Sequence record: JN849462.1
DNA: 64,000 nt
Direction: 5' to 3' (one strand)
Part shown: positions 36,003-45,485 of the stretch, piece by piece
Layout of the letters: every line of letters begins with the position of its first letter
Numbering within the stretch: the stretch's first letter is position 1
The notes under the pieces: generated by a model
Told to the model about the DNA's origin: nothing
Database searches by the model: none
Seen by the model: the letters and a program-made list of their open reading frames with translations, nothing else
Program-made: the position numbers and the translations under genes

Positions 36003-36242
36003 ATGATAACGATATACACAATTCCTAACTGTGACGGTTGTCGTCACGCTATCGCCCTCTGTAAGTTCAAACACGTTCCGTATACTGTAATCGAGTTACA
36101 GTCGCAGACTGACATCGACCAATTACATCAAAAGCTTGGTGATAATCGCAATATTCGCGTTCCTCTTGCTATGCATGGTGACACATACATCGGTCACCTG
36201 CCTGAATTGAAGAAATGGGTTGATGAACAGACGTATAAATAA
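36003..36242 (+). CDS. Glutaredoxin
   Basis: PNCDGC CxxC, RVP, YIG. Confidence 0.8.
   Translation: MITIYTIPNCDGCRHAIALCKFKHVPYTVIELQSQTDIDQLHQKLGDNRNIRVPLAMHGDTYIGHLPELKKWVDEQTYK
36234..36241 (+). promoter_or_regulatory. Consensus late promoter TATAAATA
   Basis: Exact match upstream of capsid-fold gene. Confidence 0.8.
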
Positions 36243-36300
36243 AAGAAATTACGTACATTCTCTCCGCTGAAATGCGGCAATAAATTAAAGGAATCAAACA

Positions 36301-37197
36301 ATGACTGTATCTAATAGTAACGGTTTACCAGACATTGTTACTGTTCAAAAACGACTATATCCGCTGATCTTCACGGAAATCGTTTCTGAACAGCCAACAA
36401 AGCAACCCGTTGCAACTGCTTACGGCTTTAAAGCTGTACCTGAAGCTGATGACGGCAGCGGCTGGACACAATTCGGGTTTAGACTTGATCGTTGGTATGC
36501 TCAAGTTGAATCTTCAAAAATGAAGACTGAAATCTCTCTTGAAACGCTGCAAGATATGCAAGCACTTGGTGTTAGTAATTCAGTGATCGTAGACTCACTA
36601 GCTGACCAAATTGCCGATGAAATCAATACGTCGATCATAAGTGCGTTGAATAGTATTTCAACTGTTGGTACTGCACTAACCCTGACGGGTAATACTGATT
36701 TTGAAAAAGGTCAAGATCTTTATACGAAAGTACATCTAGCAGCGTCTGAAATTGAAAAAACAACTGGTTGTAAAGGCACATATGTCGTTGCTGGTGGTAA
36801 ATGTTTCGGTTATTTGACTGGTTGTGGTGTTGTACAGCGAGTTGGCGAATCTGACGTTTACAAAGCATGGTCTGGTTTATACATCGTACACGACAAATAC
36901 GCAACAAGCGATTACGTGACTGTAGGTGTTAAGAAAGACATGGGTGATTATGAAATCTCAAGTCTAGTATTCAGCCCGTATCAATTCGACCAAGCGAATG
37001 ACGGCGCGATTGCTTATCAATACAAGGGCACTGACCCGAAATCATTCCACCCTGTGTATGGTGTTATTGCTCGTTACGCACTAACTGTTCCGCCACTAGA
37101 AGACAATCAGACTGGTGCAGTTGAGATTGATTGGTCGAACTTAGGCGCGCTTGCTAATAGCTCAAAGCTTTCATACACATACGCAGTAACAGTATAA
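36301..37197 (+). CDS. 24: gp23/gp24-family capsid-fold protein (probable vertex protein gp24)
   Basis: FRLDRW..SKMKTEISLETLQDM..DQIADEINTSII resembles the gp23/24 core; FSPY; late promoter. Confidence 0.7.
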   Translation: MTVSNSNGLPDIVTVQKRLYPLIFTEIVSEQPTKQPVATAYGFKAVPEADDGSGWTQFGFRLDRWYAQVESSKMKTEISLETLQDMQALGVSNSVIVDSLADQIADEINTSIISALNSISTVGTALTLTGNTDFEKGQDLYTKVHLAASEIEKTTGCKGTYVVAGGKCFGYLTGCGVVQRVGESDVYKAWSGLYIVHDKYATSDYVTVGVKKDMGDYEISSLVFSPYQFDQANDGAIAYQYKGTDPKSFHPVYGVIARYALTVPPLEDNQTGAVEIDWSNLGALANSSKLSYTYAVTV

Positions 37198-37205
37198 GGT
37201 GTGAC

Positions 37206-37718
37206 ATGAAAAATCATTATGTAGATAATAAAGCTCTATACGCATCACTATGCGAATGGAAAGACGAAATGAATAAGAATCCTGATGCGACAATCCCAGT
37301 ACCTGATGTGGTCGCGATTAGCATCATGAAGATTAGCGAGAACCTGTCTCGCCGTTACAACTTTAGTGGTTACACTGCTACGTGGAAAGAAGAAATGATT
37401 GGTGACGCAATCGAACATTGCTTGCGTTACATCAAAAATTTCGATACTGATAAGTACAACAATCCACACGCTTACATCACTCGTATCTGTTTCAATGCGT
37501 TCGTGCAACGCATTAAGAAAGAAAGAAAAGATACAGCGATTAAATATAAAGTATTCTTATGTGATTCGTCTAACTACACAGTTGAAGGCGAAGAGACTGA
37601 TTTCGAGTTTCTTCAGCAAATGTTAGAGCGTGTCAATTCTTACGAGTCTGGCAAAACGGCTAAAGCTCAACCAGATGAACAGAAAGAACCACTTAACTTA
37701 CAGAAATTTTACGATTAA
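37206..37718 (+). CDS. 55: Late sigma factor gp55
   Basis: NHYVDNK.LY, RYNFSGYT..WKEEMIGDAIE, NPHAYITRICFNAFVQRIKKE. Confidence 0.96.
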   Translation: MKNHYVDNKALYASLCEWKDEMNKNPDATIPVPDVVAISIMKISENLSRRYNFSGYTATWKEEMIGDAIEHCLRYIKNFDTDKYNNPHAYITRICFNAFVQRIKKERKDTAIKYKVFLCDSSNYTVEGEETDFEFLQQMLERVNSYESGKTAKAQPDEQKEPLNLQKFYD

Positions 37719-37727
37719 GGAATTAAC

Positions 37728-39173
37728 ATGTTAGGTAACTTTGACTCATTTCTGAGTGAAAATCGCCGTCAAACTCAGGGTGGAAAAATCTACCCTAAGT
37801 TTGGTCAAGTTATTGTTGAGCTAGGCACTGCATCTACTGAGTTCAGCAAAGGCAAAGGCGTTGAAACAACTATCGGCATGATGGAGAAGGCAAATGAGCT
37901 TAAATCTATCATGAACACTAAACTGGCTGAAGATAAAAACGTCGATGAGAAACATTTCGACATCAATCTGAGCGAGAACGTAAGCACGGTTAACCTGCTT
38001 ATGGAAAACGAATTCTTGGCGCTGCCAGCTCATGAGCTACAGCAAGTCAAATCAATGATCATGTGTACTGAAGCACGTCTTCCTAGCATCGTGATTAAAG
38101 GTGGTTCATTGGATCAAGTTGTTGCTGAAGCAACGAAACTAGGCTACAAGAAAAGTGACATTCACGTTGTTTTCCCGATGCGTGAAATGAAAATCAATCT
38201 TGCTGACTCTGACAAGCTTGTTATTGAATCTCTATCAATTGACGACAATTCAGCGTCTGAGATTCTTTCAATGGCTGAAAACATCGAGCTTGGTGACGTT
38301 TATGTGACTGTAGAATCGGTTGATTCTAAGGCTGAACTGTCTGAAATCACTGAACTGAAGATTAAATCTGGTAAAAATGCGCTGACACTAGCTGCACTTA
38401 ACCGCAAGATCATGGATCAGTTTATCGTGAAAGAAGCGAAAGAAGTTTCATATGCACGTGAGCGCAAAGAAGACACTGGTCTCCCAATGCTTGAAGGGTT
38501 CAAGGCATACGATCTGAAACAGAACATCACCATGATTGAACATGCTCAGAACGCATTCACAAAAGAGATTACAGTAGCTCCGCTATCTTCGACTGCGTGG
38601 CAAAATCTTGTTGATGTTAAAGAAGCTTACTTCGATAACGGTTGGAAACTGAAGCACAACAATACAAGCATCGTTCTAACAAACGCTGAACACGCAATGC
38701 GTGCTGGTCGTGTTTGTGAAGAATATCGAGTCGAGCTATCTGAAGCAGGTTATCCTCTTCTTGATATGATCGCAATGATGGAAAGCAAGGGCATGACTCG
38801 CTTTGATTGTAAATCATTTGCTGAAGCAATGATGAAATTCGACGGCTGTGTTACGCCAGAGCGCCAGACTGTGACTGCATTTGTTACTGAATCTGCTAGT
38901 AATCGCGTATTTCACCCGAATATTATGTCAAGCCTACGTCCTGTGACCGAAATGGTTGATGATGTTGACAGTCTAATTCGTGCGCTTGCTAATGATCAGT
39001 TCAGCACGTTCAAAATCGGACAATCATTCTCTGAATCAATGCTTGACCAAGAAACGCTATACTCTATGATGGAAAGCATTGTTTCTGATGGTGTTGATGT
39101 ATCAGTGGACGGGACTTTGATTGAATTCAAAGTGAATGCAACCAATTACCTAATCAATATCGACATAAAATAA
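37728..39173 (+). CDS. Large hypothetical protein, candidate internal head protein with degenerate P-loop-like N-terminus
   Basis: MLGNFDSFLSE; GGKIYPKFGQVIVELG. Confidence 0.7.
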   Translation: MLGNFDSFLSENRRQTQGGKIYPKFGQVIVELGTASTEFSKGKGVETTIGMMEKANELKSIMNTKLAEDKNVDEKHFDINLSENVSTVNLLMENEFLALPAHELQQVKSMIMCTEARLPSIVIKGGSLDQVVAEATKLGYKKSDIHVVFPMREMKINLADSDKLVIESLSIDDNSASEILSMAENIELGDVYVTVESVDSKAELSEITELKIKSGKNALTLAALNRKIMDQFIVKEAKEVSYARERKEDTGLPMLEGFKAYDLKQNITMIEHAQNAFTKEITVAPLSSTAWQNLVDVKEAYFDNGWKLKHNNTSIVLTNAEHAMRAGRVCEEYRVELSEAGYPLLDMIAMMESKGMTRFDCKSFAEAMMKFDGCVTPERQTVTAFVTESASNRVFHPNIMSSLRPVTEMVDDVDSLIRALANDQFSTFKIGQSFSESMLDQETLYSMMESIVSDGVDVSVDGTLIEFKVNATNYLINIDIK

Positions 39174-39181
39174 GGTGAAAC

Positions 39182-39829
39182 ATGAAACAATTTTGTAATT
39201 TTTTAGCTGAAGTTCAGAAATACAGTTCAGCGGCTACGTCGATTCGCGGTAAAGAAGTTGCTGCATTGGTTAAATTGTTCAAGTCAGGCATGTTCGTGCC
39301 TGGCGGAACAGCACTTGACTACGGCGCGGGCAAATACGGTCGTAATGCTGAATTTCTTCGCAGTGAAGGCATTCGCACTTACGCATACGACAAATTCAAT
39401 GGGACATCGGCTGATGGTTGGAACGCAGTTAGCTTAACTATCCCGAATGGTGAGACATTCGATACTGGCTTCACGTCATACGTATTGAACGTTGTTCCTG
39501 AAGAAGTCGAAGCAGAAATCATACGTGATGTTGAGTCTCGTACACGCGGTAAAGTGTTCCATATTACACGCGGTACTGACATCACTCAGACTGTATTCAA
39601 CGTAATCAGCGGTAAGAGCAAGAATGACGTAATGATGCAATTCATTGCTCAAGAATATCCAGAGATTTACGGTCAGATTGTCGCGAACGGTGGGACTAAA
39701 GAATTGGCTAAAGAGATTGCAACTCGTGGAGTTGTAACAGCTAAAGACAGTTTCCAACGTATTCCAGACCTATCGAAATACGGTTACAAGAAATCTGGTT
39801 CAGGCGCTTCAGTCGTTTGGACAAAATAA
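39182..39829 (+). CDS. Class I SAM-dependent methyltransferase with CTS-like N-terminus
   Basis: ALDYGAGK motif I, YAYD, FTSYVLNVV; MKQFCNFLAE. Confidence 0.75.
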   Translation: MKQFCNFLAEVQKYSSAATSIRGKEVAALVKLFKSGMFVPGGTALDYGAGKYGRNAEFLRSEGIRTYAYDKFNGTSADGWNAVSLTIPNGETFDTGFTSYVLNVVPEEVEAEIIRDVESRTRGKVFHITRGTDITQTVFNVISGKSKNDVMMQFIAQEYPEIYGQIVANGGTKELAKEIATRGVVTAKDSFQRIPDLSKYGYKKSGSGASVVWTK

Positions 39830-39846
39830 TTTGAAATTATTTGAAT

Positions 39847-39926
39847 AAAAGGGTTGCTTCGGCAACCCTTTTTGCGTATTATAGCTACATCGAAACGAGA
39901 TACGAACACAAAGAGAGAACGTTATG
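39847..39926 (+). promoter_or_regulatory. Class A terminator/promoter cassette
   Basis: aaaagggTTGC-ttcg-gcaaccctttt; 17 nt; TATTAT 39877; near-identical copy at 55207. Confidence 0.8.
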
Positions 39927-40184
39927 ATGATTACTGAATACCTACGCAATAATACAGTTCGCGAAATGCTAGATTGCCCTGCTACTTCGCTTGCATTCTG
40001 GTCACAAGAATTCATGATCATCCCTGATGAAGACCTAACTTTTGTTGAAAACGATGAAAACGTTCTAATCAAGATGAACGAAATCGAAGTTGTTGTGCCG
40101 TACAATATGACGCTTGAAGTTCTTGAGCAAATGTTCGGTGACGCACTAAGTGAACATGTTAGAAAGATTAAAGAACGTGTTTAA
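39924..40184 (+). CDS. Early hypothetical protein
   Basis: Follows cassette. Confidence 0.7.
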   Translation: MMITEYLRNNTVREMLDCPATSLAFWSQEFMIIPDEDLTFVENDENVLIKMNEIEVVVPYNMTLEVLEQMFGDALSEHVRKIKERV

Positions 40185-40208
40185 CATCGGTTTATCTCAT
40201 CCTATAAT
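40179..40208 (+). promoter_or_regulatory. Class B promoter
   Basis: G-TTTAAC, 17 nt, TATAAT 40203. Confidence 0.65.
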
Positions 40209-40231
40209 ACTCAAACATTGAAGGAAATATT

Positions 40232-40690
40232 ATGATCTACATTGAAACAAGCAACATCCTTTCTGATGACACTCTCGGCTTTGCAATGGCTGGCGCGCCT
40301 CAAGTCGATAAACTTGAGAAAAAAGAGCGTGACAATGTGCTTAACAAAGCTGTTGAAGTCAAGCTCTACGAACGTCTTCCATCGACTGCTGTACTTGATT
40401 TTCTCTTGAATCAAAAAATTCCCTTCATCGCCGTACTGAGCAAAGTAGAAGTTATTGCTGAACAGCAACGTGCGTGGTTTGATGCAATTGGCAAGCACTT
40501 GAATATTGATGTGATGTACACAGATTTTCAAGAAGTCGAGCACAATCTCGATACGCTGTTGATTGCTGAAGATCGACATGAACTGAAACGTCACGCTCAA
40601 AATAACGGTAGAATTCTACCATTCACAACTGAAACACAATTTCAATTCATTATCGACCATCTATCTTCGGTCGACAATAAGGAGCAGTAA
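40232..40690 (+). CDS. Hypothetical protein
   Basis: AAGGA RBS; first gene of the operon leading to 47/46. Confidence 0.7.
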   Translation: MIYIETSNILSDDTLGFAMAGAPQVDKLEKKERDNVLNKAVEVKLYERLPSTAVLDFLLNQKIPFIAVLSKVEVIAEQQRAWFDAIGKHLNIDVMYTDFQEVEHNLDTLLIAEDRHELKRHAQNNGRILPFTTETQFQFIIDHLSSVDNKEQ

Positions 40691-41040
40691 TGCAAGAGAA
40701 GCCAGATTTACTCAAAGACGACGAAATTGTTGATGTAGTTGAAGATCAAGAAGTTCTTGACTATCTTGATGAACTACAAGCTCAACGTCGTGCGCTTGTC
40801 GAGAAAGAAGCACATCGTCGTATCAAGAAAAACTCGCGTGAGATTAAACGTCTGCATAAACACGCTGAAAAGTGTCTAATCGAAGGTAACAAAGCGGGTT
40901 ACGTCTACGCAATCGGCAAACTTCGTTCTATTACTGGTCAGACAGTTGGTGACGATGTACTTGAAACGTTATGGAAAACTAGTCGTGAGCAAGTACTAAC
41001 AATCGCACGTTCATTTGCAGAAGCGAAAGCAGGTCAATAA
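40690..41040 (+). CDS. T4 a-gt.4-like protein
   Basis: RRIKKNSREIKRLHKHAEK..Y.YAIGKLR pattern. Confidence 0.7.
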   Translation: MQEKPDLLKDDEIVDVVEDQEVLDYLDELQAQRRALVEKEAHRRIKKNSREIKRLHKHAEKCLIEGNKAGYVYAIGKLRSITGQTVGDDVLETLWKTSREQVLTIARSFAEAKAGQ

Positions 41041-41504
41041 TGGACATTAAATCAGGCGCTGGTTATCCAGCCAGTGCGCTGTCAAACTTTGCGCCTCACG
41101 CATTCGTTGTGCGTGGTGTTGAGTGTGCTTCTATGGAAGGGTTTCTTCAGTCATTGAAGTTCAAAAACCCAGAAATGCAACGTGAAGTCTGCAAACTTGT
41201 GGGTAAAGTTGCTAAAGCACGCGGTGCGAAGAAAAACTGGCAACGCACTCAGACACTTTATTGGCAAGGTGAGCCGATTCAGCGTGCTTCGGTTGGGTAT
41301 CAAACGTTGCTCGATGATGCATACGCTGCATTAGCTCAGAACGTGAAATTTCAAAAGGCACTGCTTGCTACTGGTAAAGCTACCCTTACACATTCAATCG
41401 GGCGTAAGAAGCAGGCAGAGACGGTTTTAACTGTACAAGAATTCTGTAGCCGATTGACAGTGATTCGGGAACATTTGCAGAATGAAGCTGATGAATGTAG
41501 TTAA
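41040..41504 (+). CDS. NADAR-family protein (T4 gp30.3-like)
   Basis: ALSNFAPH.F..G..C.SMEGFLQSLK, TLYWQG. Confidence 0.8.
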   Translation: MDIKSGAGYPASALSNFAPHAFVVRGVECASMEGFLQSLKFKNPEMQREVCKLVGKVAKARGAKKNWQRTQTLYWQGEPIQRASVGYQTLLDDAYAALAQNVKFQKALLATGKATLTHSIGRKKQAETVLTVQEFCSRLTVIREHLQNEADECS

Positions 41505-41994
41505 ATTAATGATTCGTGCGATTGCTCGTGCGAAGAAAACAGACAAGCCTATCGTATACATTGACATGGACAACGTGCTGGTTGACTTTCAGAGTGGAAT
41601 AGATGCTCTTTCTATCTGGGAAAAGAATCAGTATGAGGGTCGATATGACGAATGTCCGGGTATTTTCGCTCATATGAAGCCGATGAAAGGTGCGATTGCT
41701 GCATTTGAAGTGTTGAACAAACACTTTGATTGCTATATACTGTCTACCGCCCCGTGGGATAATCCCGGGTCATGGCAAGATAAGCGTCTGTGGGTTGAAC
41801 GTTACTTGGGCAAAGGTGCTTACAAGCGACTGATCTTGTCACATCACAAGCAGTTAAACTTCGGTCATTATCTCATCGACGACCGCACGAAAAACGGTGC
41901 AGGTGAGTTCATGGGCGAACACATTCACTTTGGCACAGACGAATTCCCTGACTGGTTTTCGGTTGTGACTTATCTTACGAGTGAGAACAAATGA
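41482..41994 (+). CDS. 5'(3')-deoxyribonucleotidase (HAD)
   Basis: YIDMDNVL, ILSTAPW, LIDDR. Confidence 0.85.
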   Translation: MKLMNVVKLMIRAIARAKKTDKPIVYIDMDNVLVDFQSGIDALSIWEKNQYEGRYDECPGIFAHMKPMKGAIAAFEVLNKHFDCYILSTAPWDNPGSWQDKRLWVERYLGKGAYKRLILSHHKQLNFGHYLIDDRTKNGAGEFMGEHIHFGTDEFPDWFSVVTYLTSENK

Positions 41995-43031
41995 AAGTAG
42001 CATTGCTAGGTGACTTGCATATCGGCATCAAAGATGACGACATGTGGGTACAAAATTACCAGCGCAAGTTCTTCGACTTTATGTTCGCAGAACTAGAAGA
42101 GCGCGGTGTAAAAGAAATAATTCAACTCGGTGACTGGTTTGACGTACGTCGAGGCGCAACGCAAGAAACACTGATGTTTCAACGAACGTATCTGAATGGC
42201 ATGTTGAAAGGTCACAATACACACGTTCTAGTGGGTAACCATGACATGCACTTGCGTGAATGCATTGTACCGAATACTCCGTATGAAGTATTGAGCGTTG
42301 TACCAGACGTTACAATCTACGAGCACCCGACGACGGTTGAGTTTGATGGTGTTAAAATTGACATAATTCCGTGGATTTGTAAAGAAAATGCAGTCGAAAT
42401 CGACGAATTCATTAAAAATTCAACGTCTGAATATTGTGTCGGTCACTTTGAGTTGAACGGGTTTGAATTTCATAAAGGTCAAAAAGCAACTGGCTGTCTT
42501 GATGCTGGTTTCTTGAAGAAATACAAACAAGTTTGGTCTGGACACTTTCATACTCAGTCTGAAGCGGGCAATATCAAGTATCTCGGTACGCCGTATACAT
42601 TGACTCTTGCAGACGCTGACGATAAGCGTGGTTTTTGGTTGTTCGATACTGAAACACACGAAATGGAGTTCATTGAGAACCCCGATTGTTGGCACACCAA
42701 GCTGTATTTTGACGCTGAAACGTTTGACGCGAAAACAATCCCGTCATATGAAAATCGCAACGTCAAGATCATCGTTGAACGACGTTCAAGTGACAAGCGT
42801 GAAATCTCTTTTGATGTAGTCGAAGATCGCATTGCGCAAATTGCACATGCGTGTCAGACTCTCGATGAGCTAGACATCAAAAAAGACGTAGCAGATGACA
42901 TCAAATCTATCAAAGATATTGATGATTATGTTGCTGAATATGCAGATACGCTAGACGAATCGACTGAAGTCAAGTCAAAAGTCAAAGCAATCTTCTCGGC
43001 GCTTCGTGCTGAAGCTCAGGAGAATGCGTAA
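41991..43031 (+). CDS. 47: Recombination endonuclease gp47 (Mre11-like)
   Basis: GDLHIG, GDWFD, GNHD, GHFEL, SGHFHT, YLGTPY. Confidence 0.95.
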   Translation: MKVALLGDLHIGIKDDDMWVQNYQRKFFDFMFAELEERGVKEIIQLGDWFDVRRGATQETLMFQRTYLNGMLKGHNTHVLVGNHDMHLRECIVPNTPYEVLSVVPDVTIYEHPTTVEFDGVKIDIIPWICKENAVEIDEFIKNSTSEYCVGHFELNGFEFHKGQKATGCLDAGFLKKYKQVWSGHFHTQSEAGNIKYLGTPYTLTLADADDKRGFWLFDTETHEMEFIENPDCWHTKLYFDAETFDAKTIPSYENRNVKIIVERRSSDKREISFDVVEDRIAQIAHACQTLDELDIKKDVADDIKSIKDIDDYVAEYADTLDESTEVKSKVKAIFSALRAEAQENA

Positions 43032-43255
43032 TGGAACGTGATTTAGTTAGTCCTTGTAAAATATGCGGTAAGCTCCCATTCATTCATAAGTCGCCAGTAA
43101 TGGCGAATGGTTGTTCATTCACAGCTTGGATTGTTGAGTGTGACAATGACGACGATGATCAGCGCACTCCGCCTTTCGTTGAACATAGTCTAGTAGTCTA
43201 TGGTTCGACAAAAGAAGAAGCAATTGACCGATGGGATGAAATAGCGAATGATTAA
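43031..43255 (+). CDS. Lar-like (restriction alleviation) small protein
   Basis: PCKICG..VEC..STKEEAIDRWD. Confidence 0.45.
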   Translation: MERDLVSPCKICGKLPFIHKSPVMANGCSFTAWIVECDNDDDDQRTPPFVEHSLVVYGSTKEEAIDRWDEIAND

Positions 43256-45485
43256 GTTCAAAGAAGTGACGTATAGCAATATCATGTCAGTTGGTAATAC
43301 GCCGATTACGATTAAGCTAGACGAATTTAACAAAACGTTGATTACTGGCACGAATGGTGCTGGTAAATCAACGTACATCGAAGCAATCTGTTTCGCACTG
43401 TACGGCAAACCATTCCGTAACATCAAGAAAACACAGATTGTCAATGCTGTGAACAAGAAAAAGCTATTGGTTGAAATTACGTTTCAAGACAATAAGCACG
43501 TGTACAAGATTGTTCGCGGTATCAAACCAAACAAGTTCGAGATTTACAAAGACGATGAACTAATTCCGCAAGAAGCCGCGGTTGCTGATTACCAAGACAT
43601 GCTTGAAAAGAACATCTTGAAGATGAATCTGAGCACGTTTAAGCAAATCGCTGTTCTAGGTACTGCGGGTTACACGCCGTTTATGTTGCTTCCGGCTGCG
43701 AAACGTCGTGAAATCGTCGAAGATTTGCTTGATATTGGTATTTTCAGTGACATGGCAGCGTTGAACAAAGTCGCACTGAAGCAACTCAATGAGCAGATCA
43801 AAGACACCGAAGCGGATATCGAACGTCGAATGGGCGAATTGAAGTTGCACATTCAGTTCCAAAAAGAACAGCAAGATAATCGCGACGGCGATTTGGCACA
43901 GCTTGAAGCACGTAAATCAGAAGCTGAAGCTGAACTCGCACCACTTTCATTCGAAATTTCTCAACTTGAATCGCAGATCAGCGAAGATAGCAAGAAATTG
44001 CGTGACTTGAAAGAAAAATTGGCATTCGAGTTGTCTGCGGCTGAAGAAGAGCAAGCAACTGAACTGATTGCACTTGATGCTGAACATCAAGCAAACATTG
44101 AAAAGATTGAAGCTGAACAAAAAGCTGAAATCGACGCGCTAAAAGCCAAGCAAACGAGTGAGCAGAACGTCATTGATGAACTCAATGAACAGGCGGTGTT
44201 AGATCTCGATAAAGATCATTCACAAGCTCTAATTGATTTTGACGCTGAGACTAAACTGAACACGCCGGAAGCACCGGATGCTGATGAAATTGCTGCTGAC
44301 ACCTCTACGGTTTTGAGCAACAAGAAAGAAATCACGAAACTCAAAGAGAATAAAGAATTCTTTGAGAAGAACGGTGACTGCGAGTGTTCGACGTGTAAGC
44401 AAACAATCTCGTCTGATTTTGCGCAAAGTGTCATTGATATGGCAGACGCACAGATCGCAACTCTGACTGAAGAAACGAAAGTTCTGGCTGAGAAGATACG
44501 TGCAGCGCAAGCGCAATCTAAAGCACGCAGTGAGTATCTTAGCACTCGCGCTAGTGAACGTTCAGCTTTAGACGAAAAACAGCGTACAGAGCGTTCTACG
44601 CTCATTAAAACGCAATCAACTGAACGTATGCGAGTCGTAGATGCGCAGCGTGAAGCAATGTCGAGCTTAACAAGCACATTCAATGAGGCTCTTTCTCTAT
44701 TGCGCAATACGCAATCGAAAGCTCGTTCTGAAATTGTATCGCAACATGCGACGATTAATGCTGAGTTGACGAAGAAAGGTGCGAGTGAGCGTGAAACGCT
44801 GACTGAAAACATTGGCAAATATCAAGCTGATCTAGCGAAGATTTTGGCTGATGAAAAGAACCTGACGTCCAAGATCGCAACGATTGAATCAGATATTGCT
44901 GATGTTAAAGCAAAAGCGGCAACTGAAGACCGTACGGACTTAATCAAGAAATTGACGGCTGAAGTGCGTGATGTTAAGAAAGGCTTACAAACTGACATGC
45001 AAACTAAGCACTGTCGTACCATTGTTGGCACGTTGTTGAAAGATGACGGTGTGAAATCAATGATTGTTCGCCAATACATTCCGATGATCAACAAGTACAT
45101 CAATGATTACTTGAAGACCATGAATGCGAACTACAACTTCGTGCTTGATGAAGAATTCAACGAGACTATCAAATCTCGTGGTCGTGATGACTTTAGTTAC
45201 ACGTCATTCTCTCAAGGTGAGCGTTGTCGTATCGACTTGGCATTGTTGTTTGCTTTCCGTGATTTGGTTAGCGCACGTACTGGCTCAATGACTAACTTGT
45301 TGGTTCTTGATGAGGTATTCGATTCAGCGGCTGACTCTGACGGTGTTGATTCTATCAACCAGATTCTAAGCAGCATCAAAGACAACGTGTTTATTATCTC
45401 ACATAGTGAGAAGCACGAACAAAGCATGTTTGATAAGCATATCAAATTTGCGAAAAAAGGCAACTTCACAAGAGAGGTCAAATGA
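43248..45485 (+). CDS. 46: Recombination ATPase gp46 (Rad50-like), elongated
   Basis: GTNGAGKS, CSTC hook, FSQGE, LDEVFD; 745 aa. Confidence 0.95.
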   Translation: MIKFKEVTYSNIMSVGNTPITIKLDEFNKTLITGTNGAGKSTYIEAICFALYGKPFRNIKKTQIVNAVNKKKLLVEITFQDNKHVYKIVRGIKPNKFEIYKDDELIPQEAAVADYQDMLEKNILKMNLSTFKQIAVLGTAGYTPFMLLPAAKRREIVEDLLDIGIFSDMAALNKVALKQLNEQIKDTEADIERRMGELKLHIQFQKEQQDNRDGDLAQLEARKSEAEAELAPLSFEISQLESQISEDSKKLRDLKEKLAFELSAAEEEQATELIALDAEHQANIEKIEAEQKAEIDALKAKQTSEQNVIDELNEQAVLDLDKDHSQALIDFDAETKLNTPEAPDADEIAADTSTVLSNKKEITKLKENKEFFEKNGDCECSTCKQTISSDFAQSVIDMADAQIATLTEETKVLAEKIRAAQAQSKARSEYLSTRASERSALDEKQRTERSTLIKTQSTERMRVVDAQREAMSSLTSTFNEALSLLRNTQSKARSEIVSQHATINAELTKKGASERETLTENIGKYQADLAKILADEKNLTSKIATIESDIADVKAKAATEDRTDLIKKLTAEVRDVKKGLQTDMQTKHCRTIVGTLLKDDGVKSMIVRQYIPMINKYINDYLKTMNANYNFVLDEEFNETIKSRGRDDFSYTSFSQGERCRIDLALLFAFRDLVSARTGSMTNLLVLDEVFDSAADSDGVDSINQILSSIKDNVFIISHSEKHEQSMFDKHIKFAKKGNFTREVK

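Noticed and set aside
37541-37546. TAAATA inside gene 55 as an internal late promoter
   Set aside because: Inside coding sequence (IKY codons) and such hexamers arise by chance in AT-rich DNA
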